The translations under genes were made by a program, and so were the position numbers. This document shows, piece after piece, positions 8,123 through 18,428 of a stretch of DNA of 64,000 nt (position 1 is its first letter; the number at the start of each line of letters is the position of its first letter). The DNA comes from Azonexus sp. Its GTDB lineage: Bacteria; Pseudomonadota; Gammaproteobacteria; Burkholderiales; Rhodocyclaceae. The notes under the pieces were generated by a model, which saw only the letters and a list, made by a program, of their open reading frames with translations, was not told the DNA's origin and made no database searches. The stretch lies in assembly GCA_040275885.1 (NCBI GenBank), contig JBEOKN010000068.1, positions 3,263 to 67,262 on the forward strand, in the 5' to 3' direction.

Positions 8123-9100
8123 ATGCCGACTCGCCGCCGCGCGCTCCTGACCCTCCTGACGCTCAGCCTGCTCGCCGTGGCGAGCATTGCGCTGTCGCTG
8201 ACGGCGGGCAGCTTCAGGATCGCGCCCGGCGATGTCGTCGCGGCGCTCTTCGGCGACCGCGGCGGCGCGGCCGATATCGTGCTGGAGCTGCGCCTGCCGC
8301 GGGCGCTCGCCGGTTTTGCCTGCGGCGGACTGCTGGCACTCGCCGGCGCGCTGATGCAGGTGCTCCTGCGCAACCCGCTGGCTGATCCCTACGTCCTTGG
8401 AATCTCCGGCGGCGCTGGCGTCGGCGCACTGTTCGCCATCCTGATCGGCCTGCCGGTCATCGCCATCGACGGACTGGCTTTCGCCGGGGCGCTCGCCGCC
8501 ATGTTTCTCGTTTTCGGGCTGGCGCACGGCGACGGCAGCTGGACGCAGACACGGTTGCTGCTCACCGGCGTCATCGTCGCGGCCGGCTGCGGCGCCCTCG
8601 TCGCCCTGATGCTGACCGTGGCCCCCGATGCCAAGCTGCGCGGCATGCTGTTCTGGCTGATGGGCGACCTCGCCCAGGCCGGCAGGTCCTGGCCGCCGCT
8701 CCTCGCCCTCGCCGCCGCGCTGCTACTCGCCGTCCCCTTTGCCCGCGAACTCAACCTCCTGTCGCGCGGACTGATGCAGGCGCACGCGCTGGGTGTCGCG
8801 GTCAACCGGCTGCGCTATGCCATTTTCCTGCTCGCCTCGCTGGCAACGGCAGCGTCGGTGACGACCGCCGGCTCGATCGGTTTTGTCGGGCTCATCGTGC
8901 CGCACCTCGTCCGCCTCGCGGCGGGCAACGACCAGCGCCTGCTGCTACCGGCCGCGGTCCTCGCCGGCGGCTCGCTGCTGGTGCTGGCCGACACACTGGC
9001 GCGGACCGTCATCGCCCCGCAGCAGTTGCCGGTCGGTGTGCTCACGGCACTGATCGGCGTCCCCGTCTTTCTCTTTCTCCTTTCGCGCCAGCCCAAATGA
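8123..9100 (+). CDS. btuC: FecCD/BtuC-family ABC permease (corrinoid)
   Basis: LRLPRALAG, LLRNPLADPYVLGISGGA, GSIGFVGLIVPH, LPVGVLTALIGVPVFL. Confidence 0.85.
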   Translation: MPTRRRALLTLLTLSLLAVASIALSLTAGSFRIAPGDVVAALFGDRGGAADIVLELRLPRALAGFACGGLLALAGALMQVLLRNPLADPYVLGISGGAGVGALFAILIGLPVIAIDGLAFAGALAAMFLVFGLAHGDGSWTQTRLLLTGVIVAAGCGALVALMLTVAPDAKLRGMLFWLMGDLAQAGRSWPPLLALAAALLLAVPFARELNLLSRGLMQAHALGVAVNRLRYAIFLLASLATAASVTTAGSIGFVGLIVPHLVRLAAGNDQRLLLPAAVLAGGSLLVLADTLARTVIAPQQLPVGVLTALIGVPVFLFLLSRQPK

Positions 9101-9870
9101 GCGCCTGCCTCCTCGAAGCCCGGCAACTCGTCGTCGAGATCGGCGGCCGCCGCGTGGTCGATAGGCTCGACCTTACGGTCAGCGCCGGCGAGCGCATCGC
9201 CATCCTTGGCTGCAACGGGGCGGGCAAATCCACCCTGCTCGCGACGCTGGCCGGCCTGCGCCCGCCCGCCGGCGGCAGGGTGCTGCTCGGCGGCGAGGAT
9301 GTCGCGCCGATGCCAGCCCGCCGGGCGGCCCTGCGACGCGCGTGGCTGGGGCAATCCCAGAACGACCCCTTCGGCTCGTCCGTCCTCGAAACTACGCTGA
9401 CCGGCCGCCATCCGCACCTCGGCCGCTGGGACTGGGAGTCGTCGCGCGATGCCGTGCTGGCACGCGGCGCGCTCAAGGCGGTCGGTCTCGCCGACATGGA
9501 AGGCCGCCAGATCCAGACACTGTCCGGCGGCGAGCGCCAGCGCCTGGCGATCGCCACGCTGCTGACGCAGGCCGCCCCGCTCTACCTGCTCGACGAACCG
9601 CTGTCGCATCTCGACCTCAATCACCAGATGGCGGTGCTCGAGCTGTTCGCCGGCACGGCGCGCGATTGCGGCGCGGGCGTCGTCATGGTCCTGCACGACC
9701 CGGCGCTGGCCCACCGCTTCAGCGAGCGCGCCGTCCTCCTCCACGGTGACGGACGGGTCGAAATCGACAGCGTCGACACCATCCTCACCGCCGAACGGCT
9801 GTCCGGCCTCTATGGCTATGGCCTCCGCCAGCTCGAAGACCGGGGCCGCCGCTGTTTCATACCGGAGTAA
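9097..9870 (+). CDS. btuD: ABC ATPase BtuD/FecE-like
   Basis: Walker A GCNGAGKST, signature LSGGERQR, Walker B LLDEP; ATGA overlap with btuC. Confidence 0.85.
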   Translation: MSACLLEARQLVVEIGGRRVVDRLDLTVSAGERIAILGCNGAGKSTLLATLAGLRPPAGGRVLLGGEDVAPMPARRAALRRAWLGQSQNDPFGSSVLETTLTGRHPHLGRWDWESSRDAVLARGALKAVGLADMEGRQIQTLSGGERQRLAIATLLTQAAPLYLLDEPLSHLDLNHQMAVLELFAGTARDCGAGVVMVLHDPALAHRFSERAVLLHGDGRVEIDSVDTILTAERLSGLYGYGLRQLEDRGRRCFIPE

Positions 9871-9876
9871 TTTTCC

Positions 9877-10467
9877 ATGACCATCACGCACACCGAGCGC
9901 ATGCAGAAAAAGAAGGTCTTTATCGACGGCAGGATCGCCGCGGCGGCGGAAGAACGCGGCGTGCTGGTGATCAATACCGGCAACGGCAAGGGCAAGTCCT
10001 CGGCCGCCTTCGGCGTTGTCGCCCGCGCCCTCGGACACGGCCTGAAGGTCGGCGTCGTGCAGTTTGTCAAGGGCCGTTCGGATACCGGCGAGGAAGCATT
10101 TTTCCGCCGGCAGGCCGATGTCGCCTGGCATGTCGGCGGCGAAGGCTTCACCTGGGAAACCCAGGACAGGGAAGGCGATGCCCGCGCCGCCCGGGCCGCT
10201 TGGGAAGTCGCCTGCCGCCACCTGGAAGATCCGGCCATCGGCCTCGTCGTGCTCGACGAGATGACCTATGCCTTCAGGTACGGCTGGCTCGAGCTCGACG
10301 CGGTGATTGCCAGACTGCTGGCCCGCCCGCCACTGCAACACGTCATCGTCACCGGCCGCGCCGCCCCGCAGGCACTGCGCGATGCCGCCGATACGGTCAG
10401 CGACATGGCCATGGAAAAACATGCTTTCCAGAGCGGCGTCAAGGCCATGCCCGGACTGGAGTGGTGA
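9877..10467 (+). CDS. cobO: Cob(I)yrinic acid a,c-diamide adenosyltransferase (CobO/BtuR/CobA)
   Basis: TGNGKGKSSAAFG, VVQFVKG, GEGFTWETQDR, LVVLDE, VIVTGR. Confidence 0.95.
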   Translation: MTITHTERMQKKKVFIDGRIAAAAEERGVLVINTGNGKGKSSAAFGVVARALGHGLKVGVVQFVKGRSDTGEEAFFRRQADVAWHVGGEGFTWETQDREGDARAARAAWEVACRHLEDPAIGLVVLDEMTYAFRYGWLELDAVIARLLARPPLQHVIVTGRAAPQALRDAADTVSDMAMEKHAFQSGVKAMPGLEW

Positions 10468-11747
10468 GCGCGACCTGCCCCGCCCTTGTGGTCGCTGCGC
10501 CGGCCTCGGGTCAGGGCAAGACGACCGTCACCGCCGCACTGGCCCGGCTCCATGCCCGGCAGGGCCGGCGCGTCACCGTGTTCAAGTGCGGCCCCGATTT
10601 TCTCGATCCGCAGATCCACGCTGTCGCGAGCGGCAGGCCGTGCGAAAACCTTGACCTCGGCATGTGCGGCGAGGCCGACGCCCGCTGGCGGCTGGCGCGC
10701 GCCGCGCGGGCGTCCGACCTGATTCTGGTCGAAGGCGTCATGGGCCTCTTCGACGGCGAGCCTTCGGCGGCGGACATCGCCTGTCGTTTCGGCATCCCGG
10801 TGCTGGCGCTGATCGACGCCGGGGCGATGGCCCAGACCTTCGGCGCCATCGCCCACGGTTTGGCGACTTTTCGCCCCGGCCTGCCGTTTGCCGGCGTGCT
10901 GGCCAACTGCGTCGCCAGCGATGGTCACGCCGCGCTGGTCCGTGCCAGCCTGCCCGCGCCCATGAGTTGGTTCGGCGCGCTGCCGCGCAAACCGGAGTGC
11001 GCCCTGCCGGAACGCCACCTTGGCTTGCTGCAGGCTGGTGAAATCGCTGACCTCGCGGCTCGCCTCGACCGGCTGGCCGACGGACTGGTGGCCAGCGCTG
11101 CGGTCGACCTCCCTGAACCGGTCGTTTTCACCGACGTGCCGCCGCCGGCCGGCGCAGCGCTGCTCGCCGGCCGGCGTATCGCGATTGCCCGCGACGCCGC
11201 CTTTGCTTTCATCTACCCGGCCAACCTGGAAACCCTGACGGGCCTCGCCGCCGACCTCTGCTTCTTTTCCCCGCTGGCCAGCGAGGCCCTGCCCGAATGC
11301 GATGCCGTGTGGCTACCCGGCGGCTACCCGGAACTCCATGCAGCGGCACTGGAAGCCAACCGGCCGCTGTGGGCTGCGCTGCAACGCCATGTCAAGGACG
11401 GCAAGCCCTTGCTCGCCGAATGCGGCGGCATGATGAGCCTGTTCGAGACGCTGGTGGATGTGGATGGCCGCAAACACCTTCTCGGCGGCCTGCTGCCCGG
11501 AGGAACGGTCATGCAGCGGCGGCTGGTGGCGCTCGGCACGCAGTTTGTCGACCTGCCGGAAGGCAGCTTGTCCGGCCACACCTTCCATCATTCGATGAGC
11601 GAAACGCCGCTCCAGCCACTGGTGCGGGCGCACGGGGCGTCCGGACGCCCCGGGGAGGCCGTCTATCGGCGTGACCGCCTGACGGCGTCCTATCTCCACC
11701 TCTACTTTCCGTCGAATCCGGATGCGGTGGCCCGCCTTTTCGAGTGA
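10464..11747 (+). CDS. cobB: Cobyrinate a,c-diamide synthase CobB/CbiA
   Basis: SGQGKTT, FKCGPDFLDP, VEGVMGLFDG, PERHLGL, glutaminase LAECGGMM, GHTFHHS. GTG start overlaps the cobO stop. Confidence 0.93.
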   Translation: MSATCPALVVAAPASGQGKTTVTAALARLHARQGRRVTVFKCGPDFLDPQIHAVASGRPCENLDLGMCGEADARWRLARAARASDLILVEGVMGLFDGEPSAADIACRFGIPVLALIDAGAMAQTFGAIAHGLATFRPGLPFAGVLANCVASDGHAALVRASLPAPMSWFGALPRKPECALPERHLGLLQAGEIADLAARLDRLADGLVASAAVDLPEPVVFTDVPPPAGAALLAGRRIAIARDAAFAFIYPANLETLTGLAADLCFFSPLASEALPECDAVWLPGGYPELHAAALEANRPLWAALQRHVKDGKPLLAECGGMMSLFETLVDVDGRKHLLGGLLPGGTVMQRRLVALGTQFVDLPEGSLSGHTFHHSMSETPLQPLVRAHGASGRPGEAVYRRDRLTASYLHLYFPSNPDAVARLFE

Positions 11748-11754
11748 ACGGCGG

Positions 11755-13218
11755 TCAGCCAGGCAGCCACGCGGCAAGGCGGGGCCAGTCGAGCGCAGCC
11801 TCGACGGCGTCGGCCAGGCGGTCGAGGTCGGACGCACGTCGGGCGGCGAAGTCCACCGTCTCGACCGCACCGGCACCGGCCCAGGCGAGCAGCGCGGTCA
11901 ACGCTGCCGGATGGTCGAAAATGCCGTGGCAGTACGTTCCGAGGACCTGCCCGTCGGCCGAAACGGCGCCGTCGGGAGTGCCGTCGGCGAGGTGCGCCGC
12001 CGGTCTCGCGCAACCGGCGCCTTCCGTCACTCCGAGATGGATCTCGTAGCCGATCATCGCCGGCCGGCCCGGCAGCGACAAGTGACCGCTTACATTGCGC
12101 AGTTGCTTGACGTCGGCAAGCCGCGTCTCGACATCGAGGAAGGCAAGTCCGGCGGATGTGCCGGGCGGCCCCTCCAGACCCAGCGGGTCGTGGAGGGCGG
12201 TGCCGAGCATCTGGTAACCCCCGCATACCCCGATGACCTTGCCACCGTAGCGCAGGTGGCGGGCGATGGCCGTGTCCCAGCCCTGCCCGCGCAGCCAGTC
12301 GAGATCGGCGCGCACCGCCTTGGAACCGGGCAGCACGATCAGGTCGGCCGCCGGCGGTGCTTCGCCGGGCGCGATCCAGCGGAAGTCGACCTCGGGGTGC
12401 AGGCGCAGCGGGTCGAGGTCGTTGTGGTTCGAGACGCGCGGACAGGCCGGCGCGATCACCTTCAATTTGGCCGCTTTCTTGCCGTCGACCGCAGCCGTCG
12501 CGATCGCGTCCTCGGCGTCAAGCATGAGGCCATGCAGATAGGGCAAGACGCCGAGCACCGGCTTGCCGGTACGTTCCTCGAGCCAGGCGAGGCCCGGCTC
12601 AAGCAGGCCGATGTCGCCGCGGAAGCGGTTGATGACGAAACCGACGACGCGGTTCTGCTCCGAGACGGACAGCAGATCCAGCGTCCCGACCAGGTGCGCG
12701 AAGACGCCGCCGCGATCGATGTCGGCGATCAGGATGACCGGGCAGTCGACCGCCTCGGCGAAGCCCATGTTGGCAATGTCGCGGTCGCGCAGGTTGATCT
12801 CTGCCGGCGAGCCGGCGCCCTCGACCAGCACACACTCGTAGGCGGCGGTCAGGCGCGCCCACGATTCGAGGACCGCGCCCATCGCCCGCGGTTTGTAGGC
12901 GTGATAGGCCTTGGCGTCGAGGTCGCTCGCTACCTTGCCGTGGATGATGACCTGCGCCCGCTTGTCCGTGGTCGGCTTGAGCAGCACCGGATTGAAGTCG
13001 GAATGCGGTGGCAACCCGCAGGCCAGTGCCTGCAGCGCCTGCGCGCGGCCGATTTCACCGCCGTCGCAGGTCACCGCCGAGTTGAGAGCCATGTTCTGCG
13101 GCTTGAACGGTGCGACGCGCACGCCGCGACGGTAGAGAATGCGGCCGAGGGCAGCGACCAGCGTGGACTTGCCGGCATCGGAGGTGGTCCCCTGGATCAT
13201 CAGGGCAGAGCGGGGCAT
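11755..13218 (-). CDS. cobQ: Cobyric acid synthase CobQ/CbiP
   Basis: [74 protein letters not shown]. Start trimmed to MPRSAL. Confidence 0.95.
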   Translation of the reverse strand: MPRSALMIQGTTSDAGKSTLVAALGRILYRRGVRVAPFKPQNMALNSAVTCDGGEIGRAQALQALACGLPPHSDFNPVLLKPTTDKRAQVIIHGKVASDLDAKAYHAYKPRAMGAVLESWARLTAAYECVLVEGAGSPAEINLRDRDIANMGFAEAVDCPVILIADIDRGGVFAHLVGTLDLLSVSEQNRVVGFVINRFRGDIGLLEPGLAWLEERTGKPVLGVLPYLHGLMLDAEDAIATAAVDGKKAAKLKVIAPACPRVSNHNDLDPLRLHPEVDFRWIAPGEAPPAADLIVLPGSKAVRADLDWLRGQGWDTAIARHLRYGGKVIGVCGGYQMLGTALHDPLGLEGPPGTSAGLAFLDVETRLADVKQLRNVSGHLSLPGRPAMIGYEIHLGVTEGAGCARPAAHLADGTPDGAVSADGQVLGTYCHGIFDHPAALTALLAWAGAGAVETVDFAARRASDLDRLADAVEAALDWPRLAAWLPG

Positions 13219-13391
13219 GGGCGGCCAGCGTGCAAAATGGAACGCAATTATGTCACCATAGGCGCCCGCCCGGCAGCCGCCCCTTTGCAGCCCGGGCAAT
13301 CGATGGAACCGGTGAGCGCACCTCTTCCGGCCGTTGTTGGCGCGCCCGGCGATGCGCGCCAGCCGGGGATTTCCGGAGCAGCCTCGTGTTG

Positions 13392-14321
13392 ATGTCCGAC
13401 AGTCTCGCTTTCCTCCTTGCCGGCCCCTTCGCCATGCCGCTGGCGGCACTGGCCGCCGTTGTGCTCGACGGCCTGCTCGGCGAGCCGCGCCGCTGCCACC
13501 CGCTGGTCGGCTTCGGAACGCTGGCCGCCGCCATCGAGAAACGCCTGAACCGGCGCAACGTCGGTAGCGGCCTGCTCGGCTGGTCGCTCGCCGTGCTGCC
13601 CTGGGTGGCGCTGGCAATTGCACTGCGCCCGTTCGCGCCATTTGCTGTCGACATCGCGCTGCTCCACTTCGCACTCGGCGCGCAGAGTCTCGGCGAGCAC
13701 GCCAAAGCCGTCGCCCTCCCCCTTGCCGCCGGCCGCCTTGACGAGGCACGGCTGCGGGTCGGCTGGATGGTCTCGCGCGACACCGCGCAGCTCGACGAAT
13801 CCGGCGTCGCCAAGGCCGGCGTGGAATCGGTGCTGGAAAACGGCAACGATGCCATATTCGGCGCGCTGTTCTGGTTCGCGCTGCTCGGCGGCCCTGGCGC
13901 GCTGCTGTTCCGCCTGGCCAATACGCTCGATGCGATGTGGGGCTACCGCAGCGAACGCTACAACCTCTATGGCCGTTTCGCCGCCCGCCTCGACGACGCA
14001 CTCAACTGGCTGCCAGCCCGACTGACGGCGCTCTCCTATGCGCTGCTCGGGCGCACCAGTAACGCGCTGGGCTGCTGGCGGGCGCAGGCACCAGGCTGGA
14101 AAAGCCCAAATGCCGGGCCGGTGATGGCCGCCGGTGCCGGCAGCCTCGGCGTCCAACTGGGCGGCGCCGCGATCTATCATGGGCAGATCGAACAACGCCC
14201 GTCGCTCGGCAGCGGCCCGGCGCCGGTCGCCGGCGATCTCGGCCGCGCCGTCCTGCTGGTGCGGCGGAGTCTGGGGCTCTGGTTGATTGCCTTGTTCGTG
14301 ACCGGGTGGCTGCATGCTTGA
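13392..14321 (+). CDS. cbiB: Adenosylcobinamide-phosphate synthase CbiB
   Basis: DGLLGEP...[54 protein letters not shown]. Confidence 0.93.
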   Translation: MSDSLAFLLAGPFAMPLAALAAVVLDGLLGEPRRCHPLVGFGTLAAAIEKRLNRRNVGSGLLGWSLAVLPWVALAIALRPFAPFAVDIALLHFALGAQSLGEHAKAVALPLAAGRLDEARLRVGWMVSRDTAQLDESGVAKAGVESVLENGNDAIFGALFWFALLGGPGALLFRLANTLDAMWGYRSERYNLYGRFAARLDDALNWLPARLTALSYALLGRTSNALGCWRAQAPGWKSPNAGPVMAAGAGSLGVQLGGAAIYHGQIEQRPSLGSGPAPVAGDLGRAVLLVRRSLGLWLIALFVTGWLHA

Positions 14322-15306
14322 GCACGGCGGACAACTGCGCCGGGCTGCCGCCCGCCTTCGCATTCCGCTGCCGGACTGGCTCGACCTGTCAACCGGCATC
14401 AACCCGCAGGGCTGGCCAGTCCCACCGCTGCCGGCGAGCGTCTGGCAGCGCCTGCCGGAAGCCGGTGACGGCCTCGAGGCTGCTGCCGCAACCTATTACG
14501 GCAACCCGGACGGTCTGGCCGTCGCCGGCTCGCAGGCGGCGCTGCAGCAACTCCCGGCCCTCCTGCCGCGCGCCGCGGTCGCCTGCCTGATGCCTCTGTA
14601 TGAAGAGCATCCGCAGGCCTGGGCACGCGCCGGCCACACGGTGCATCAGGTCGTCGACACGGCTGTCGACGATGCCTTGGCGACGGGAGCCCGCCATGTC
14701 CTCCTGTGCAATCCGAACAACCCGACGGCGGCACGCCATCGCCGCGCGGACCTGCTCGCGGCTGCCGCCCGCCTGCAGGCAGGCGACGGCTGGCTGATTG
14801 TCGACGAGGCCTTCATCGACGCGACACCCGACGAGAGCCTGGCGGCGCTAGCTGGCACCGCGGCGGCGGCAAACCTGGTCGTGCTCCGTTCGCTCGGCAA
14901 GTTCTTCGGGCTGGCCGGGGTCCGCGCCGGTTTTGTTTTCGGCGCGGCCGGGCTGCGCGACCGGCTGGGCGAGATGCTCGGCCCCTGGTCCGTCTCCGGC
15001 CCTGCCCGCGCGGTCGCCCGGCTGGCGCTGCAGGATGCTGCCTGGCAGGCCGTTGCCCGGGTCCGGCTGCAGGCGGCGAGCCTGCGCCTTCAGGCACTGC
15101 TCGCACCGTTCGGTTCGGTGACGACGTGTGCATTGTTTGCAACGCTCCAATCCCCGCGCGCAGGCGAACTGCACGAACACCTCGCCCGCTCTGCCATACT
15201 TACCCGCCGCTTCGAGCAGCCGTCACTGCTGCGCATCGGCCTGCCTGGCGACGAGACCGGCTGGCAGCGACTCGGGACCGCACTCGACACCTGGAGCCGA
15301 CCATGA
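14314..15306 (+). CDS. cobD: L-threonine-O-3-phosphate decarboxylase CobD
   Basis: [33 protein letters not shown] lysine motif [15 protein letters not shown]. Confidence 0.92.
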   Translation: MLEHGGQLRRAAARLRIPLPDWLDLSTGINPQGWPVPPLPASVWQRLPEAGDGLEAAAATYYGNPDGLAVAGSQAALQQLPALLPRAAVACLMPLYEEHPQAWARAGHTVHQVVDTAVDDALATGARHVLLCNPNNPTAARHRRADLLAAAARLQAGDGWLIVDEAFIDATPDESLAALAGTAAAANLVVLRSLGKFFGLAGVRAGFVFGAAGLRDRLGEMLGPWSVSGPARAVARLALQDAAWQAVARVRLQAASLRLQALLAPFGSVTTCALFATLQSPRAGELHEHLARSAILTRRFEQPSLLRIGLPGDETGWQRLGTALDTWSRP

Positions 15307-16193
15307 AATTGCCCTTGTCATTGGCGTTGACCGCAGCCGCTGCCCTCGCCGGGTCGGCCAGCGCCGCACTTCAGGTCACCGACGACACCGGCCGCGACCT
15401 TCGCCTCAAGGCGCCGGCGCAGCGCATCGTCGTGCTTGCACCGCACTTCGCTGAAAATCTCTACGCGGCCGGCGCCGGCAACCGGCTGGTCGGCGCCGTC
15501 GAATACAGTGACTATCCGGCCGAAGCGAAGGCCGTGCCGCGTGTCGGCGGCTATTCGCGCATCGACCTCGAGGCCGTGCTCGCGCTCAAGCCCGACCTGG
15601 TTCTGGCCTGGGAAAGCGGCAACAACATGGCACAGGTCGACAAGCTGCGCGCCCTCGGGCTTACGGTGTACATCGCCCAGCCGAACCGGATGGAAGATGT
15701 CGCCGGGCTGCTGGAGCGACTGGGCCAGCTGGCCGGCACCGAGGCGGTCGCGAAGCCGGCCGCCGAGCGCTTTCGCATGCGTCTGGCCGGACTGCGTGCC
15801 ACCCATGCGAACAAGCCCCGGGTACGGGTCTTCTACCAGATATGGAAAGCGCCGCTGACGACCATCGGCGGTCCGCAGATCATCAGCGACGCGATCAGGC
15901 TGTGCGGCGGCGAGAACGTCTTCGGCAACCTGAAGCAGATGGCGCCTGTGGTCAGCGTCGAGGCAGTCCTGGAGGCGGACCCGGAAGCCATCGTCGCGAC
16001 CGGCATGGGCGATGCGCGCCCGGAATGGCTGGCCGACTGGGACAGGTGGACCCGGATGACCGCCGTCCGGCGAGGCAACCTCTTCCACATCAACCCCGAC
16101 ATCATGCAGCGCCACACGCCGCGCATCCTCGACGGCGCCGAAAAACTCTGCGCCGACCTCGACATCGCCCGTAGCCGGCGAACGGCCCGCTGA
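15303..16193 (+). CDS. btuF: Periplasmic cobalamin-binding protein BtuF
   Basis: Signal peptide, PAQRIVVLAPHFAENLYAAGAG, YSDYPAEAK, VSVEAVL, RHTPRILDGAEKLC. Confidence 0.9.
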   Translation: MKLPLSLALTAAAALAGSASAALQVTDDTGRDLRLKAPAQRIVVLAPHFAENLYAAGAGNRLVGAVEYSDYPAEAKAVPRVGGYSRIDLEAVLALKPDLVLAWESGNNMAQVDKLRALGLTVYIAQPNRMEDVAGLLERLGQLAGTEAVAKPAAERFRMRLAGLRATHANKPRVRVFYQIWKAPLTTIGGPQIISDAIRLCGGENVFGNLKQMAPVVSVEAVLEADPEAIVATGMGDARPEWLADWDRWTRMTAVRRGNLFHINPDIMQRHTPRILDGAEKLCADLDIARSRRTAR

Positions 16194-16211
16194 ACCCGGA
16201 GCAACGGGAAA

Positions 16212-17723
16212 TCAGCTCGAGCAGCTGACCTCGATAGCGCGCGCCCAGTCGGGGGGCAACGCGGTATACTGCTCGAACTCCGGCTGCTCGGCAAAGGGAA
16301 GGCGCAGACAATCAAGGAGGCGCCCGACTTCCGAGAAATCCCTGTCCTGCGCCTTGCGGATCGCGCCCTCAGCGAGCCAGTTGCGCAGCACGTATTTCGG
16401 GTTGACGGCGCGCATCGCCGCGTGCCGCGCGGGGTCGTCCCACGGGGTCTGCGCCAGACGGGCGCGCCATCCGGCCAGCCACGAATCGCAGGCGGCGCGG
16501 TCGACAAACAGGTCGCGCAACGGGTCGTCGGTATTGCCTTGTTTCTTGTCGTCGACCGCAGCAGGCAGTTGCGACAGTGTCCGGAAGAACCGCGTGAAAT
16601 CGGGACGGTGTCGTTGCAGGAGACCGAAGGTTTCGCCGATGAAGGCTTCATCGTCGGCCAGCGCCTCCCGCAAACCCAGCTTGCCACGCATCAGGCGCTC
16701 GAAATTCGCCTCGAAAGCGTGGCCGAAATTGTCATCGACCACCGTCTGTACCATTGCCCTGTCGCCCGTCAGCGGGCGGAAAGCCTCGGCCAGGCAATAG
16801 AGATTCCATTGCGCGACATGCGGCTGATTGCGGTAGGAGTAGCGCCCCTGATGGTCGGAGTGGTTGCAGATATGTCCGGCGTCGAAGGCTTCCATGAACC
16901 CGAACGGACCGTAGTCGAGGGTGAGGCCGAGGATCGACATGTTGTCTGTGTTCATGACGCCATGCATGAAGCCAACCGCCATCCAGTGCGCGACCAGTTC
17001 GCCGGTGCGATGGCTGACATCGGCGAGCAGGGCGGCGTAGGGATTGGCGGCGTCACGACACTCGGGCCGGAAGGTGGCAATCACGTAATCGGCAAGCAGC
17101 CGCAGTTCGTCGCCGCGCCCATGCGCAGCCCAATGCTCGAAGGATCCGAAGCGTACAAAACTCGGCGCCACCCGGGCCACCACAGCGGCGCTTTCGATTT
17201 CCTCGCGGCGCACCGGCAGGTCGGCACCGACCACCGCAAGCGCCCGCGTGGTTGGGATGCCAAGCCCGGCCATCGCCTCCGAACAGAGAAACTCGCGAAT
17301 CGACGAACGCAGCACGGCGCGACCATCGGCGCCCCGGGAGTAGGGCGTGCGCCCGGCGCCCTTGAGCTGGATTTCCCAATGCCCGCTCGCGCAGCGCAGG
17401 CCACCGAGCAGATGCGCCCGCCCGTCACCCAGTTGCCCGGCCCAGACGCCGAACTGGTGCCCGGAGTACACGGCAGCCAGCGCATCGCTACCGGGGGGAA
17501 GACTGTTCCCGGCAAGAATTTCGCGGAACTCGGGGTGCCCGATTTCGTCCGGGTCGAGCCCGATCAGTTCCGCCACCTCGCTGCTGGCGCCAACCAGATA
17601 AGGTGCGGGAAGCCCGAGCGGAGCAAGGCGTGTGAAGAATGCTTCGGGCAAGCCGGCAAAGCTGTTGTCGAACTCAAGTTCTTCGAGGCGAGCCAATCGC
17701 CGGTGGTGCTCGGGTGCGTTCAT
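16212..17723 (-). CDS. selO: Protein adenylyltransferase SelO (YdiU)
   Basis: YSGHQFG...GQLGDGRA, QLKGAGRTPYSR.ADGRAVLRSSIREFLCSEAM, HGVMNTDNMSI, C-terminal SCSS. Start trimmed to MNAPEH. Confidence 0.95.
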   Translation of the reverse strand: MNAPEHHRRLARLEELEFDNSFAGLPEAFFTRLAPLGLPAPYLVGASSEVAELIGLDPDEIGHPEFREILAGNSLPPGSDALAAVYSGHQFGVWAGQLGDGRAHLLGGLRCASGHWEIQLKGAGRTPYSRGADGRAVLRSSIREFLCSEAMAGLGIPTTRALAVVGADLPVRREEIESAAVVARVAPSFVRFGSFEHWAAHGRGDELRLLADYVIATFRPECRDAANPYAALLADVSHRTGELVAHWMAVGFMHGVMNTDNMSILGLTLDYGPFGFMEAFDAGHICNHSDHQGRYSYRNQPHVAQWNLYCLAEAFRPLTGDRAMVQTVVDDNFGHAFEANFERLMRGKLGLREALADDEAFIGETFGLLQRHRPDFTRFFRTLSQLPAAVDDKKQGNTDDPLRDLFVDRAACDSWLAGWRARLAQTPWDDPARHAAMRAVNPKYVLRNWLAEGAIRKAQDRDFSEVGRLLDCLRLPFAEQPEFEQYTALPPDWARAIEVSCSS

Positions 17724-17901
17724 GACATCGTCGGTTTGGAATTTCAGGAGCATGCTGTGCGGCGAACGGAGTGATCTCGCACCGGACTTGGTTCAGACTG
17801 GAAAATCGTGGGATAGTTCTGGCTGCCCGAATCGACCGGACCCCTTGTCCCGACAACGGCTCCCGTGCATCGCAGCCGACAACCACCCCAGAGACCCTGC
17901 C

Positions 17902-18375
17902 ATGATCGAACTCTCAAGCCAGGTTTCAACCATCGCCCACGTCATTCAGCTGGCCGTCGCCCCGGTATTCCTGCTCGCCGGCGTCGGTGCATTGCTTGGC
18001 GTGTTGACCAATCGCCTCTCTAGGGTCATCGACCGCTTTCATGCCCTGGAGCGAGACCTCGCCGCCGAGCCTTCCGGAGACCATCGTCAACAAGCCCAGA
18101 CGACGATCCTCTCGCTCGCTCGCCGCGCCCGCCTGATCCACTGGGCCATCACGCTGTGCACGGTCTGCGACCTGCTCGTCTGCCTGGTCATCGCCGCCCT
18201 CTTCATCGGCGCCGAACTGCATGTCGAGTTGCCGAGCACGATCGCCGGACTGTTCATTGCCGCCATGCTTGCCCTGATCGCCGGACTGGTGTGCTTCCTG
18301 CAGGAAATTGCCTTGGCCACCAGCTTCATTGAGAGTCTCGACCGCTCGGCAGCGGGTTTCGATGGCGCGCCCTGA
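17902..18375 (+). CDS. DUF2721 family membrane protein
   Basis: IQLAVAPVFLLAGVGALLGVLTNRLSRVIDR...LARRARLIHWAI, three TM segments. Confidence 0.85.
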   Translation: MIELSSQVSTIAHVIQLAVAPVFLLAGVGALLGVLTNRLSRVIDRFHALERDLAAEPSGDHRQQAQTTILSLARRARLIHWAITLCTVCDLLVCLVIAALFIGAELHVELPSTIAGLFIAAMLALIAGLVCFLQEIALATSFIESLDRSAAGFDGAP

Positions 18376-18428
18376 AACAGCCACTGAGAGATGGCAATTC
18401 GCGCCGCGCCCGAACACCGAAGCAGATT

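Noticed and set aside
11722-14001. ORFs 11722..13392 (+) and the N-terminal 260 aa of 11755..14001 (-)
   Set aside because: The first is antisense to cobQ. The extension is Arg-rich and overlaps cbiB; the true cobQ starts at 13218.
16212-16214. TGA after the SelO C-terminal CSS as possible selenocysteine readthrough
   Set aside because: The Cys-type CSS terminus is already complete, the TGA lies after it, and no SECIS-like hairpin or conserved extension is evident.
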